Positions 37,699 to 46,641 of a stretch of 64,000 nucleotides of DNA are shown here, one piece after another. Numbering within the stretch: position 1 is the stretch's first letter; each line of letters opens with the position of its first letter. The stretch is from Sulfurospirillum sp. (GTDB lineage: Bacteria > Campylobacterota > Campylobacteria > Campylobacterales > Sulfurospirillaceae): positions 64,001 to 128,000 of the forward strand of contig JASFYR010000008.1 of NCBI GenBank assembly GCA_045047115.1. The letters are read 5' to 3'. The notes under the pieces were generated by a model. The model ran no database searches, was not told the DNA's origin, and worked only from the letters and a program-made list of their open reading frames with translations. The translations under genes and the position numbers were made by a program.

Positions 37699-38105
37699 TT
37701 TACCTCCTCTGCGATATTTTTTTGGTTTATAGGCATATACAAAAAATTGTCCGCACAAGAGTCAGCATGTATGCAGATATTGTCCAGTTTTAGCGAACCA
37801 GGAGGGCATACATCTGTGCAAAGTGAACACCAGCAACATCTTCCATAGTCGATTCTTGGGATACAGCCGCTTGTATTTTTTATATTGTACTCTTTATCAG
37901 GATGTATCATATCTATCGCTTCATTCATACAAACCTCTTGACAGTTTGCACAACCGATGCAGGCTTCAAGGTCGTTTATATGAAAACCTCTGTAGCCTTT
38001 TGGTATATCTTTTTTTACTGCAGGATAAGTTACGGTCTTAGGATGTTCAAACAGAGTTCCTATCGCACTAAGTGGCGATAAAACACCTTTTATATCTATA
38101 GCCAT
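37695..38105 (-). CDS. mbxN: 2[4Fe-4S] ferredoxin-like subunit (NuoI-like; MbxN/MbsN)
   Basis: P.TV.YP, YRGFH, CIGCANCQEVC and RIDYGRCCWCSLCTDVCP. Confidence 0.88.
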   Translation of the reverse strand: MAIDIKGVLSPLSAIGTLFEHPKTVTYPAVKKDIPKGYRGFHINDLEACIGCANCQEVCMNEAIDMIHPDKEYNIKNTSGCIPRIDYGRCCWCSLCTDVCPPGSLKLDNICIHADSCADNFLYMPINQKNIAEEVK

Positions 38106-38115
38106 TTTATCTCCT

Positions 38116-39228
38116 TTATCTCTCTATCTCAGGTGGACATATGCCAAGTGAGTTCATAGTCATCGCTACATCTGCAAGTTGTGAATCCACAAGCAGTTTT
38201 TCAAGCAAAGTATATGCATGTATCAGTGAAGGGCCCCGTACTTGCATTCTTCTTATTTTTTCACTTCCGTCACCTGCCATATAGTAGCTCATAGCCCCTC
38301 TGGCGCTCTCTGTTTGTACATAGGTGTCATCTTTTGGGAGTTTGAATTTTCTGTGTTTTGGAATTTTTTGTAAAATCTCTCCCTCTTTTGGCATCTGCTC
38401 TATAATCTGTCTTAAGATTCTGATTGATTGGATTATCTCATCTCTTCTTACAAGCGCCCTGGCATAGACATCTCCATCGCTCTGTGTCGGTATATCAAAT
38501 TCTAATTTATCATACATAAGGTAGGGTATATCTCTTCTTACATCTTTTTTGATTCCGCAAGCTCTCATGGTTTGACCTACATATCCGTTCTTTAAGACTT
38601 CATCTTTGTTTACTGCGCCAACACCTATGGCTCTTTGTTTAAAAATAACATTATCAAAAAATGTATTGTTGTAGACTATGATTCTTTTTTCATAATAATC
38701 AAGCAACTCTGAGAGTCTGTCTAAAAATCCGTCTGGTAAATCTCTTCTGACTCCACCTGGAAATGCGTACATATGATACACTCTTCCTCCTGTGAGTTCT
38801 TCAAAAAGATCCAGCATATAGTCTCTGTCGCAAACTGACCATTGAGGTATGAGACCGAGTCCTATGGAGCCTGCTTGCCCGCCCATCCATAAAAACTGAG
38901 TTGCTAGTCTTTGCATCTCCAAAACCATGGTTCTTATGTATTTTGCTTTTTCGCTTATTTCTAATCCTGCGAGATTTTCAACTGCTCTTGCAAAGTTTTC
39001 TTCGTTTGGATCCGGTTCGGGAACGCAGATCCTGCAAACTATCGTAAAAGCCTGTACCACAGTCCTTCTCTCTATCAGTTTTTCAAAACCCCTATGAAGA
39101 TAGCCGACATGAGTTTGGGCTTTTTTTATGGTTTCACCAATCAAATCAAGCTCTACACTCATATTTCCCGTGATGCCAGGGTGTTGAGGTCCGTGAAAGA
39201 TTTTTACCATTTTTTCATTTTCAGTCAT
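38116..39228 (-). CDS. mbxL: NuoD/hydrogenase-large-subunit-like catalytic subunit (MbxL/MbsL)
   Basis: GPQHPG, GYLHRGFEK, RICVPEPD, C-terminal CPPEIER; no NiFe CxxC pairs and no NuoD RxDY motif. Confidence 0.88.
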   Translation of the reverse strand: MTENEKMVKIFHGPQHPGITGNMSVELDLIGETIKKAQTHVGYLHRGFEKLIERRTVVQAFTIVCRICVPEPDPNEENFARAVENLAGLEISEKAKYIRTMVLEMQRLATQFLWMGGQAGSIGLGLIPQWSVCDRDYMLDLFEELTGGRVYHMYAFPGGVRRDLPDGFLDRLSELLDYYEKRIIVYNNTFFDNVIFKQRAIGVGAVNKDEVLKNGYVGQTMRACGIKKDVRRDIPYLMYDKLEFDIPTQSDGDVYARALVRRDEIIQSIRILRQIIEQMPKEGEILQKIPKHRKFKLPKDDTYVQTESARGAMSYYMAGDGSEKIRRMQVRGPSLIHAYTLLEKLLVDSQLADVAMTMNSLGICPPEIER

Positions 39229-39829
39229 TTTTTTCTACCTCATCACTTAGGTTGTTTTCCACTTGCGTATCTACTTTGACCTTTGCTTCTTGTTCGGCTT
39301 TTAGTTTTGCTGCTTTTTTAGCCTCTCTCTTCTTTTTCATCTCCACTTTTGCATCAAGCCCGTCATCTCTTTGTCCACGAAACGGATTCATACTGTTTAC
39401 ATACTCAAGCGTATCAAAATCCCTTCTCATAGGCGGTATATTCTCCCAGTGCTCCAGTGCAAAGTCTATGAGGCTTGGGTGAGTAGGAAAATCAACACCA
39501 AACATTTCATGCATCTCTCTCTCCATTATCTCCGCTTGAGGCCAAAAAGTGTGCATTGACGGTAGTGTTGCATTTTCTCTTTGTATATTAGTTTGTACCA
39601 TTACTATGTGATCTCTGTTTTGTGTTTGTAAACAGTATGTGATAGTGAAAAACCCGTCTTCTATATCGTCTCGACAATTTATGGAGTCAAGTGTTATATA
39701 TCCATACTCGTTTAAAAATCTCAACAACAGCGACTCTAACTGTTGGGCATCTATATTTACTTTATAGAGATAGTCATTTTTTGGTATAAGTTCAAGTGAG
39801 AGTTTTTCCAATTTTGAAGCTAAATCCAT
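39221..39829 (-). CDS. mbxK: NuoC-like subunit (MbxK/MbsK)
   Basis: LPS....WP.AE..EREMHEMFGVDF..HP, W..IPPMRRDF; start at 39829 (TAATG coupling). Confidence 0.87.
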   Translation of the reverse strand: MDLASKLEKLSLELIPKNDYLYKVNIDAQQLESLLLRFLNEYGYITLDSINCRDDIEDGFFTITYCLQTQNRDHIVMVQTNIQRENATLPSMHTFWPQAEIMEREMHEMFGVDFPTHPSLIDFALEHWENIPPMRRDFDTLEYVNSMNPFRGQRDDGLDAKVEMKKKREAKKAAKLKAEQEAKVKVDTQVENNLSDEVEKND

Positions 39830-40464
39830 TATGCAATTCCTCCGCCGTTTAAATTGTACCAATCAGTCTCATAGGCCGGGTCGATATGTCCTCCCAAGAC
39901 TCTTTTTTGGTTGTTTTTATAAAATTCCAAATTTTCATCATATTTTTGCCAACCGGCTTTTTCACCGTTTTTTATCTTCTCTTGAAGAAGGACAAATCCC
40001 TCTATTACTGACTCTGGGCGAGGCATACAGCCTGGTACCAAAACATCTACTGGTAGATAGTCATCCAGTTTTTTAATAGTATTGTAAGAGTCCCAGTACA
40101 TTCCGCCGTTTATCGGACAACTTCCAAGCGTGATGATATACTTTGGTCTTTGCATCTGCTCATATGTTCTTATAACTCTTCTTAGAGTTTTATATGCAAG
40201 ATAACCTGAAAGTATGATCAAGTCAGCCTGCCTTGGCGTGGCAACTCCTACTACGCCCATTCTCTCAGCATCATACCTGCTTGTGAAGGTAGGAGGCATT
40301 TCGATAGCTCCACATCCTGTGCCGTAAGCCACTACAAATATGCTTCTGCTTTGAAACCATTTTACAGCCTTTTCCATAACAGAGTGAGTGTTTACCACTC
40401 CGCTCTCTTCTAATTTACATTTCAAACTTCCATCTAAATCGCAACCGTGAAAACCACTCTCCAT
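39829..40464 (-). CDS. mbxJ: NuoB-like Fe-S subunit (MbxJ/MbsJ)
   Basis: GTGCGAIEMPP..TSRYD.ER.G, TPRQAD, YEQM..PKY....GSC.INGG.YWDSY, PVDV..PGCMPRPE. Confidence 0.9.
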   Translation of the reverse strand: MESGFHGCDLDGSLKCKLEESGVVNTHSVMEKAVKWFQSRSIFVVAYGTGCGAIEMPPTFTSRYDAERMGVVGVATPRQADLIILSGYLAYKTLRRVIRTYEQMQRPKYIITLGSCPINGGMYWDSYNTIKKLDDYLPVDVLVPGCMPRPESVIEGFVLLQEKIKNGEKAGWQKYDENLEFYKNNQKRVLGGHIDPAYETDWYNLNGGGIA

Positions 40465-40474
40465 CTTATCCCCT

Positions 40475-41368
40475 TTACCCAAACCAAACTACTCTAATCA
40501 GTCCTGTGACTGCGATTAGAGTTGGTATTTTCATCAAAAAATCAACAGCCTGCTCTACCTTGTATCTTCCGTAAACTATACCTATGAAGATAATGGATAC
40601 AAATATAGCAAGAGTTTTTAGCACCAACATATATAAAGAGTCAGCTCCGCCTAAAAACAGATCAACTATCAAAACCAGCTTTGCAAAAGCAAAGATAGAG
40701 CCCTGAGACATCAAAAGTGCTAAAAATTTGCCACTAAATTCCGTCCTTGGACCGGAATACACCTCTTGAGGAGCTCCTGGTATATCAAAAGGTGACTCTC
40801 CAAAAAAACCAACCATTGAAATCATAGCCGCTATAAAAAGAAGAGGGTGGTTTACTATGTTTAAACCCTGGATTCGCTGCATATCTATGATGTGGACTAT
40901 ATCACTACTGTTTGCTGCGATGATGAGCCCTACTATCGCTATATAAAAAGGCAGTTCCAGGCCTATGAGTCTTGTTAAGCCTCTAACAACACCCATGACC
41001 CCAAAAGGGTTTCCACCGGTTCCAACTGCAAGGGCATTTCCAAGAGGTCCTAAAACCATTAGATATAGAAGCACAAAGAGATTTCCTTGTGAATTTACAG
41101 CTCTTAGAAACCCGCTTTGTGTAAATACGGGTACAAAAAGAAGTGTCAAAACTGCTCCGGTTGCCATGATGATTGGTCCCAGATAGAACATCCAGCCATA
41201 ACTTATAGAGTCTTTTTTTGAAAAGAGTTTTATACTGTCATAAAATGACTGGTATATCGTAGGTCCATATCTGCCTTGAATCCTTGCAGTTATATTTCGG
41301 TATAGTCCAAAGTATATGAAGCCGACTACATAAGCTAGCATGATCAGTAAAATTATTTGAAAAATCAT
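40475..41368 (-). CDS. mbxM: NuoH-like membrane subunit (MbxM/MbsM)
   Basis: R..TARIQ.R.GP...Q.FYD.IKL.SK, PFDI..A.QE..SGP..EFSGK. Confidence 0.9.
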   Translation of the reverse strand: MIFQIILLIMLAYVVGFIYFGLYRNITARIQGRYGPTIYQSFYDSIKLFSKKDSISYGWMFYLGPIIMATGAVLTLLFVPVFTQSGFLRAVNSQGNLFVLLYLMVLGPLGNALAVGTGGNPFGVMGVVRGLTRLIGLELPFYIAIVGLIIAANSSDIVHIIDMQRIQGLNIVNHPLLFIAAMISMVGFFGESPFDIPGAPQEVYSGPRTEFSGKFLALLMSQGSIFAFAKLVLIVDLFLGGADSLYMLVLKTLAIFVSIIFIGIVYGRYKVEQAVDFLMKIPTLIAVTGLIRVVWFG

Positions 41369-43140
41369 CAATTGACTCCTGTAAAAAATAGTGCACTAAA
41401 GAAGAGCAGGATTATAAGCATTGTATTGTGGATATTTCCATAGTACATTCGGCTAAAGAGCTCAGATGTCCTTTTGGTTTGTGTTGCTAACGATTCATAA
41501 AAGCCTGTTGTGCTTCTTTTTAGTATGGCATTTACAAATTTGATTCTATATAAATCAGTACCAAAACCATACCCGAAGTGTAGCGGGGTATCACTTGAGG
41601 GGACTTCACCACAATAACTTATGTCAAATCTGTTTATATTTTTTTTTGCTTTAGAGTTTACTTTCCAGACAAGAAGCAAGATAACAATAAATACAATAAC
41701 AAACGCACTCATGATAAAAAATCCATCAAAATTGCCAACTGCACTGTGTAAAACTCCAATTCCGTCATATGGTATAAGTGGAAGCATAAATTCCTTTAAG
41801 ATAGGGTTTATCACCTCTACAAATACTCCCGGGAATGTTCCTGTTCCTATTAAAAGCAGAGCCAAGATAATCTGGGGAATCAAATAGCTAAGGGGTACCT
41901 CTTTTGTGCTTTCCAAATTCTTAGAAGTAGGGTGTCCTAAATAGATACCGTAAACAAGCTTATAACAATACAGAAATGATGCAGCACCGGAAAAAAGCAT
42001 ACCTATAAGAATAAGAGCAAATTTTGTGTTGATTGCTGCGTTATAGAGTAGAAATTTTGAAGCAAAACCACCAAGTGGAGGCATGCCTGCAAGTCCGATG
42101 ATACCGATAAGCAACATCACAAAAGAGACAGGAGTTCTATATATCAATCCGCCTAACTCACTAAATCTGTTTTTGCCGGTTTGCGCTACAATAGCAGCTA
42201 CATTTATAAATAGCAACAACTTAATGATAGTATGAATCAAAGTATGGTACAAGGCTCCTGCAACTCCATAAGTTGTGCCAAAGCCGATAACGGCTATGAT
42301 ATAACCTAGTTGTGCGATAGATGAGTATGCAAGCAGTCTTTTGACTTCATCTTGTGTGATGGCTTTGAAAGTGGCTATGATGGAGGTAGCAACTCCTATC
42401 CAGGCCAAAGTGTATCCAAAGTCAGTTCCGTTTAGTATGACCCCAAAGATCTCTTTTAACTGAGTGTATCCTACGATATTTCCATATATCAAAAGTAGTC
42501 CGTATATGCCCATTTTCGACATAACGGCAGAGAGGATGGAGCTAAAGAGATCCGGTGATTTGGAGTATGTGTCAACCACCCAGTAGTGCAAGCCTATAAC
42601 GCCGGCTTTTATAAAAAAGCTTAGTGAGAAGAGCACTATGAGGGTTACTTTTATATTCAGAGGCATCGAGCCAAAGGCGCTTGAGACCGTAGAAAAATCA
42701 AATGAGTTTGCAAAAGAGTATGCGATCACCATACCTGCTATCAAAGAGAAAGCCGATGTAAGTGAGAAAAGTATATACTTTTGCAAAGTTTTTGTATCTA
42801 TATTTTTTGATTTTGAGATTAGAAAGTAACTACTCCAAGTCATAATCTCCCAGCCGATAAAAAATGTGATAAAATCACCTGCCATCACTATAACAAACAT
42901 GGCTATCGAGAGTAAAAATTGCAATACATAATAATTGCAGGAGAGTTTTTTACTCTTCTGGGCTATCGTAACAAGTAAAAATGAGATCAAACTCAAGTAT
43001 GCAAAGAATGTACCAAGTGGAGTCTGCGTAAGGCTTAGTGTAAAGCCGGGTGCAAAATTTAGCTCTATATGCAGAGCTCCTCCAAACTGGTACAAAAACA
43101 GTATAGGCAGTAAGTTCAAAAGTAAAAAGATCGAATTCAT
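41368..43140 (-). CDS. Proton-translocating MrpD/NuoL-M-N-like subunit (MbxH'/MbsH')
   Basis: FFIGWEIM, IKAG...LH.W..D.Y, KRLLAYSSIAQLGYI, GLAGMPPLGGFASKF, C-terminal extension. Confidence 0.88.
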   Translation of the reverse strand: MNSIFLLLNLLPILFLYQFGGALHIELNFAPGFTLSLTQTPLGTFFAYLSLISFLLVTIAQKSKKLSCNYYVLQFLLSIAMFVIVMAGDFITFFIGWEIMTWSSYFLISKSKNIDTKTLQKYILFSLTSAFSLIAGMVIAYSFANSFDFSTVSSAFGSMPLNIKVTLIVLFSLSFFIKAGVIGLHYWVVDTYSKSPDLFSSILSAVMSKMGIYGLLLIYGNIVGYTQLKEIFGVILNGTDFGYTLAWIGVATSIIATFKAITQDEVKRLLAYSSIAQLGYIIAVIGFGTTYGVAGALYHTLIHTIIKLLLFINVAAIVAQTGKNRFSELGGLIYRTPVSFVMLLIGIIGLAGMPPLGGFASKFLLYNAAINTKFALILIGMLFSGAASFLYCYKLVYGIYLGHPTSKNLESTKEVPLSYLIPQIILALLLIGTGTFPGVFVEVINPILKEFMLPLIPYDGIGVLHSAVGNFDGFFIMSAFVIVFIVILLLVWKVNSKAKKNINRFDISYCGEVPSSDTPLHFGYGFGTDLYRIKFVNAILKRSTTGFYESLATQTKRTSELFSRMYYGNIHNTMLIILLFFSALFFTGVN

Positions 43141-44585
43141 AGTCCTACTCCTAATGCATAATTGAGATAGCTAGTCGGATGCAGTAGTGCATTTGCGGCT
43201 AAATCCGTATAGTGAAGCAGAAATGACGGATATATGCCAAAAAACACAATGAGTGCTGCTAAAACAGTGAGTATGGCATAGTTTACAGCTCCAATATTTA
43301 TCACTACTTTTGCTCTTTTTTTGTCTGTCATCATAGCGATAATTCTAAAAAAGTATATCGCTTCTACAATCGATACTAAAAGTATAAATGCAACAGCACC
43401 GTAGTTGTGTGAAAGTGCAAAACCTTTTAGTATAAGTATTTTTCCTATAAATCCACTAAACGGTGGAATTCCGAGGACCGATAAAAATGATATGATAAGC
43501 ACAAGAGTCAAAAATGTTGATTTAAAACCGCCTAAGATATCTATTTTCATACTTTTTAGTTTATGTATCAATATACCCAGAGCCAAAAATATCAACAGTT
43601 TTGATATAGAGTGGCTGGTTAGCTGAAATAGCGCACCCGAGACCGTAGTGAGTGAATCTGTACTAAATGCCATAAACAAGATACCCAGCTGTCCGAGTGT
43701 TGAGTAGGCAAAAAGCCTTTTGACATTTGTTTGATTTAGTGCGGTAAATTCGGAGACAAGAAATGTCACGCCACCTATAACAAGTACAAAAAGCATATAT
43801 TTTGAGTTCAATCCAAATAGATAAAAAAGGTGAAAAAAGACAAAAAGGTAGGCTTTTGCCACAACTGAGCTAAAGAGTCCGTTCACAGGAGTTATGCTAC
43901 CTTGGTAGATATCCGGTGCCCAAAAGTTCATGGGAAAAAGCTCCGCTTTTGTGCCAAACCCCATAAAAAGCATCAAGACAATAAGAACTGAGATTTTTGG
44001 ATCTATCAGGTGAAATCTTTGTGCTATGAGACCTAGATTTACAGTACCGATCTGCAGATATATGAGCATGATTGCAAAAACTATAAATATAGAAGCGATG
44101 GAACCGATAATGAGGTACTTGATACCGGATTCCAGCCCCGGCTTGTCTTTGTTGTATGCTGAAAGTGTGTATGAGCAAATACCTGTAATCTCAAAGAAAA
44201 TATAGAGGTTAAATATATCGCAGCTCAGTATCATGCCGATACTGCCGGCTATGAGCATATTGAAAAAGACATAAAATCTAGCCTCATCTCTCTTTTGGTG
44301 CGCTTTAAAAAACCAAGGCATATACAAAGACACCATAAGCCCGGAAAATGTAAAAATCAACAAAAAGAGCAAAGAGTACCCATCCAGTATAAACGCGATT
44401 CCCAAAGGAGGTTTTATAGAAAACTCAGAAATCTGTGGAAGAGTTACACCTGTGTAAGCTAAAGTTTGTAAAAATAGAAGTAAATTTAAGACTATAGAAC
44501 TAGCTCTAAGGACTCCTAGTTTTTTAAAATACGGAGTTAAAAATGAAAAAATTACGGGTAGTAAAAAATAGTAACCTAAGCTCAT
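43137..44585 (-). CDS. mbxH: Proton-translocating MrpD-like subunit (MbxH/MbsH)
   Basis: DIFNLYIFFEI, KYLIIG, KAELFP..FWAPD.Y, KRLFAYST..Q.G, GIPPFSGFIGK. Confidence 0.88.
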   Translation of the reverse strand: MSLGYYFLLPVIFSFLTPYFKKLGVLRASSIVLNLLLFLQTLAYTGVTLPQISEFSIKPPLGIAFILDGYSLLFLLIFTFSGLMVSLYMPWFFKAHQKRDEARFYVFFNMLIAGSIGMILSCDIFNLYIFFEITGICSYTLSAYNKDKPGLESGIKYLIIGSIASIFIVFAIMLIYLQIGTVNLGLIAQRFHLIDPKISVLIVLMLFMGFGTKAELFPMNFWAPDIYQGSITPVNGLFSSVVAKAYLFVFFHLFYLFGLNSKYMLFVLVIGGVTFLVSEFTALNQTNVKRLFAYSTLGQLGILFMAFSTDSLTTVSGALFQLTSHSISKLLIFLALGILIHKLKSMKIDILGGFKSTFLTLVLIISFLSVLGIPPFSGFIGKILILKGFALSHNYGAVAFILLVSIVEAIYFFRIIAMMTDKKRAKVVINIGAVNYAILTVLAALIVFFGIYPSFLLHYTDLAANALLHPTSYLNYALGVGL

Positions 44586-44586
44586 A

Positions 44587-44964
44587 TCAATCCCTTAATT
44601 CATTCATTTTAGATATATCATTTCTGCCTGTGAGTTTATAGTACTCTATACCAAACGACAATCCAAGCGCCAAGATCGCAAGTCCTATAACGATGGTTGT
44701 CAAAATCATCGCCTGAGGAACAGGATCCACCATATTTGTAAATGTTTTTAGATTTTTATCAACTATCGGTGCTACCAAACCAACTTTATAGTGAAGTCCT
44801 ATAAAAAATAAAAAGAGGGCTGACTCCATGATATCAAAAGAGACGAGAAGTTTTACCAGGTTTTTTTGTGTGGCGATTCCGTAAAATCCAACAAAAAAAA
44901 GAGACATGGAGCCCACTATGATGATAAAATGTATAGTCTGTGTATCATTAAAAAACTCAAGCAT
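44587..44964 (-). CDS. mbxG: Na+/H+ antiporter subunit C (MnhC/MrpC-like; MbxG/MbsG)
   Basis: G.YG.....NL.K, VDPVPQAMILT.IVIG. Confidence 0.9.
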   Translation of the reverse strand: MLEFFNDTQTIHFIIIVGSMSLFFVGFYGIATQKNLVKLLVSFDIMESALFLFFIGLHYKVGLVAPIVDKNLKTFTNMVDPVPQAMILTTIVIGLAILALGLSFGIEYYKLTGRNDISKMNELRD

Positions 44965-45685
44965 CGCACACCTCTTTATAGTAATCTTCTTTTATAAAAT
45001 ACTCCACAATCACGCTCATCTCGCTTCCGACTTTTATACCTACTATGATGTAAATCACAGGGATAATACCACCACTTATCAACTCTCCTATCTCACTAAT
45101 CGGGTGAGGCAGGAAGTTTCCAAGCAGGATATTCATCTTGAAGAGTCCGATGATAGCAATCAGGATATATGCTAAACCGCTTAAAGATTCACCAAGTGTC
45201 AAAATACTATGGCTCAGAGACATATTTGGATTTGCTAAAAACAGCAATAAGAAGGCTGTAGCTATAACAACACCACCTTGAAATCCTCCACCGGGACTTA
45301 AATGTCCATGGATGATGATATATACACCAAAGAGAACAATCACACTCATCAGCAGACGACCCCCGACATTTAGTATGAAGCTATCTTGTTTTACAACTTT
45401 TGCACAAGTTCTCTGGGTAGTGCTAAGCATCAGTGCCACACCGGATGTTGCTAAAAACAACACTGTGACTTCACCGACAGTATCAATTCCTCTGAAAAAT
45501 GTAACAACAGAAGTTACTGCATTTGCTGTGGCTGTTTGCATATTTAGATTTAAAAACAGATCCCCGACTGTTTCAAATGTATCTGTTTTGACTTGCATAA
45601 GAAGTCCTAGAATTGACAGAAGAAGAGCAGAAGACAGTATGGATAGAACTATATGCTTGAGTCTTAACTCTTTTTTTAGATTCAT
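44957..45685 (-). CDS. mbxF: MnhB/MrpB-domain subunit (MbxF, MbsE equivalent)
   Basis: NAVTSVV..FRG.DT.GE..VL, IIHGHLSPGGGFQGG. Confidence 0.9.
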   Translation of the reverse strand: MNLKKELRLKHIVLSILSSALLLSILGLLMQVKTDTFETVGDLFLNLNMQTATANAVTSVVTFFRGIDTVGEVTVLFLATSGVALMLSTTQRTCAKVVKQDSFILNVGGRLLMSVIVLFGVYIIIHGHLSPGGGFQGGVVIATAFLLLFLANPNMSLSHSILTLGESLSGLAYILIAIIGLFKMNILLGNFLPHPISEIGELISGGIIPVIYIIVGIKVGSEMSVIVEYFIKEDYYKEVCDA

Positions 45686-45930
45686 GACTCCACCTCCTCT
45701 TGTGAAGTGTGCCTTATACCGAGTAAAAATACAGCTGCACTGAGCCCGGTACCTATAACAGCTTCAGTAAGTGCAACATCAGGAGCTTGAAATATGAAGA
45801 AAAGAACAACGCTTCCAAGACCGACTGCCATAAAAAGCATAACAGACTGCGTAATGTCTTTACTTAAAATTGCTCCTACAGCTACTGCGATAATCGACAA
45901 AAAGGTAAAAAGTATAAGTAAACCTATCAT
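45682..45930 (-). CDS. mbxD: DUF4040/MbhD-like subunit (MbxD/MbsD)
   Basis: F...QAPDVALTEAVIGTG. Confidence 0.88.
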   Translation of the reverse strand: MIGLLILFTFLSIIAVAVGAILSKDITQSVMLFMAVGLGSVVLFFIFQAPDVALTEAVIGTGLSAAVFLLGIRHTSQEEVES

Positions 45931-46262
45931 TCTTCATTCTCCTTCGAAGTCTCTTTGAGTGCATCAGTTCCACTTGTATTGTAAACACTTTTATAAAATC
46001 TTTTATATGTAGTCATCGCCAACACAGAAGAAGATATAGGATTTGTAATGAGTATAAAAACAGCTAAAACGATGAGTTTAAATGCCCATTGTGGCTCAAA
46101 ACAGGCAACTGCCAAAATCACCAGCAAAGAGCCAAGCGTCGAAGCCTTTGTTGCTGCTTGCATCCTTGTTAGGGTGTCTGGCATACGAAGCAGTCCAAGA
46201 CCGCTTATTAAAAACAGTACAGCTCCTAAAAGCCCAAGTATGTAACCTAAGAAAACCAGCAT
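45927..46262 (-). CDS. mbxC: Na+/H+ antiporter subunit G (MnhG/MrpG-like; MbxC/MbsC)
   Basis: GLLRMPD..TRMQAATKASTLG, F.LITNP.SS. Confidence 0.9.
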   Translation of the reverse strand: MLVFLGYILGLLGAVLFLISGLGLLRMPDTLTRMQAATKASTLGSLLVILAVACFEPQWAFKLIVLAVFILITNPISSSVLAMTTYKRFYKSVYNTSGTDALKETSKENEE

Positions 46263-46510
46263 TAAAACTCCTTATCCAAGAATTTGGCAAATACAACAGT
46301 ACCTACAAATCCAATCAGTCCAAAAACAAATGCCACATCAAGATATAGACTTTTTTGAAAATAAAAAGAGAGTACAACCAACAGTGAAGTGGCAATGATA
46401 CTCATCGAATCAAAGGCTACAACCCGATCAGCGAGAGTTGGACCTCTTAAGAATCTAACCAAGACCAGAAGCAGTGATAACGCTATAAGCAAAATCAAAA
46501 AATTTAACAT
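46262..46510 (-). CDS. mbxB: Na+/H+ antiporter subunit F (MnhF/MrpF-like; MbxB/MbsB)
   Basis: R...GPT.ADRVVA.D, YLDVA.V..L..F.GT...AK; start placed at ATG 46510. Confidence 0.9.
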   Translation of the reverse strand: MLNFLILLIALSLLLVLVRFLRGPTLADRVVAFDSMSIIATSLLVVLSFYFQKSLYLDVAFVFGLIGFVGTVVFAKFLDKEF

Positions 46511-46641
46511 AATCACCCCATTAAAATTTACTTTATGCAAGATTATCTTGAATATGCTTTTTGATTGCTAAGCAATTGTAATTATTTTATTTACTTAATA
46601 TTAATATTAGAGAGATAACAAACAAATGACAAAAATATATG

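Noticed and set aside
37228..46510. Reading the operon as a group 4 NiFe hydrogenase (Mbh/Ech/Hyf) or as canonical complex I plus a separate Mrp antiporter
   Set aside because: The large subunit lacks both NiFe CxxC motifs and the NuoD quinone-site motifs. There are no NuoA/J/E/F/G genes and no full-length MrpA, and all genes form one coupled unit matching the MBX/MBS set.
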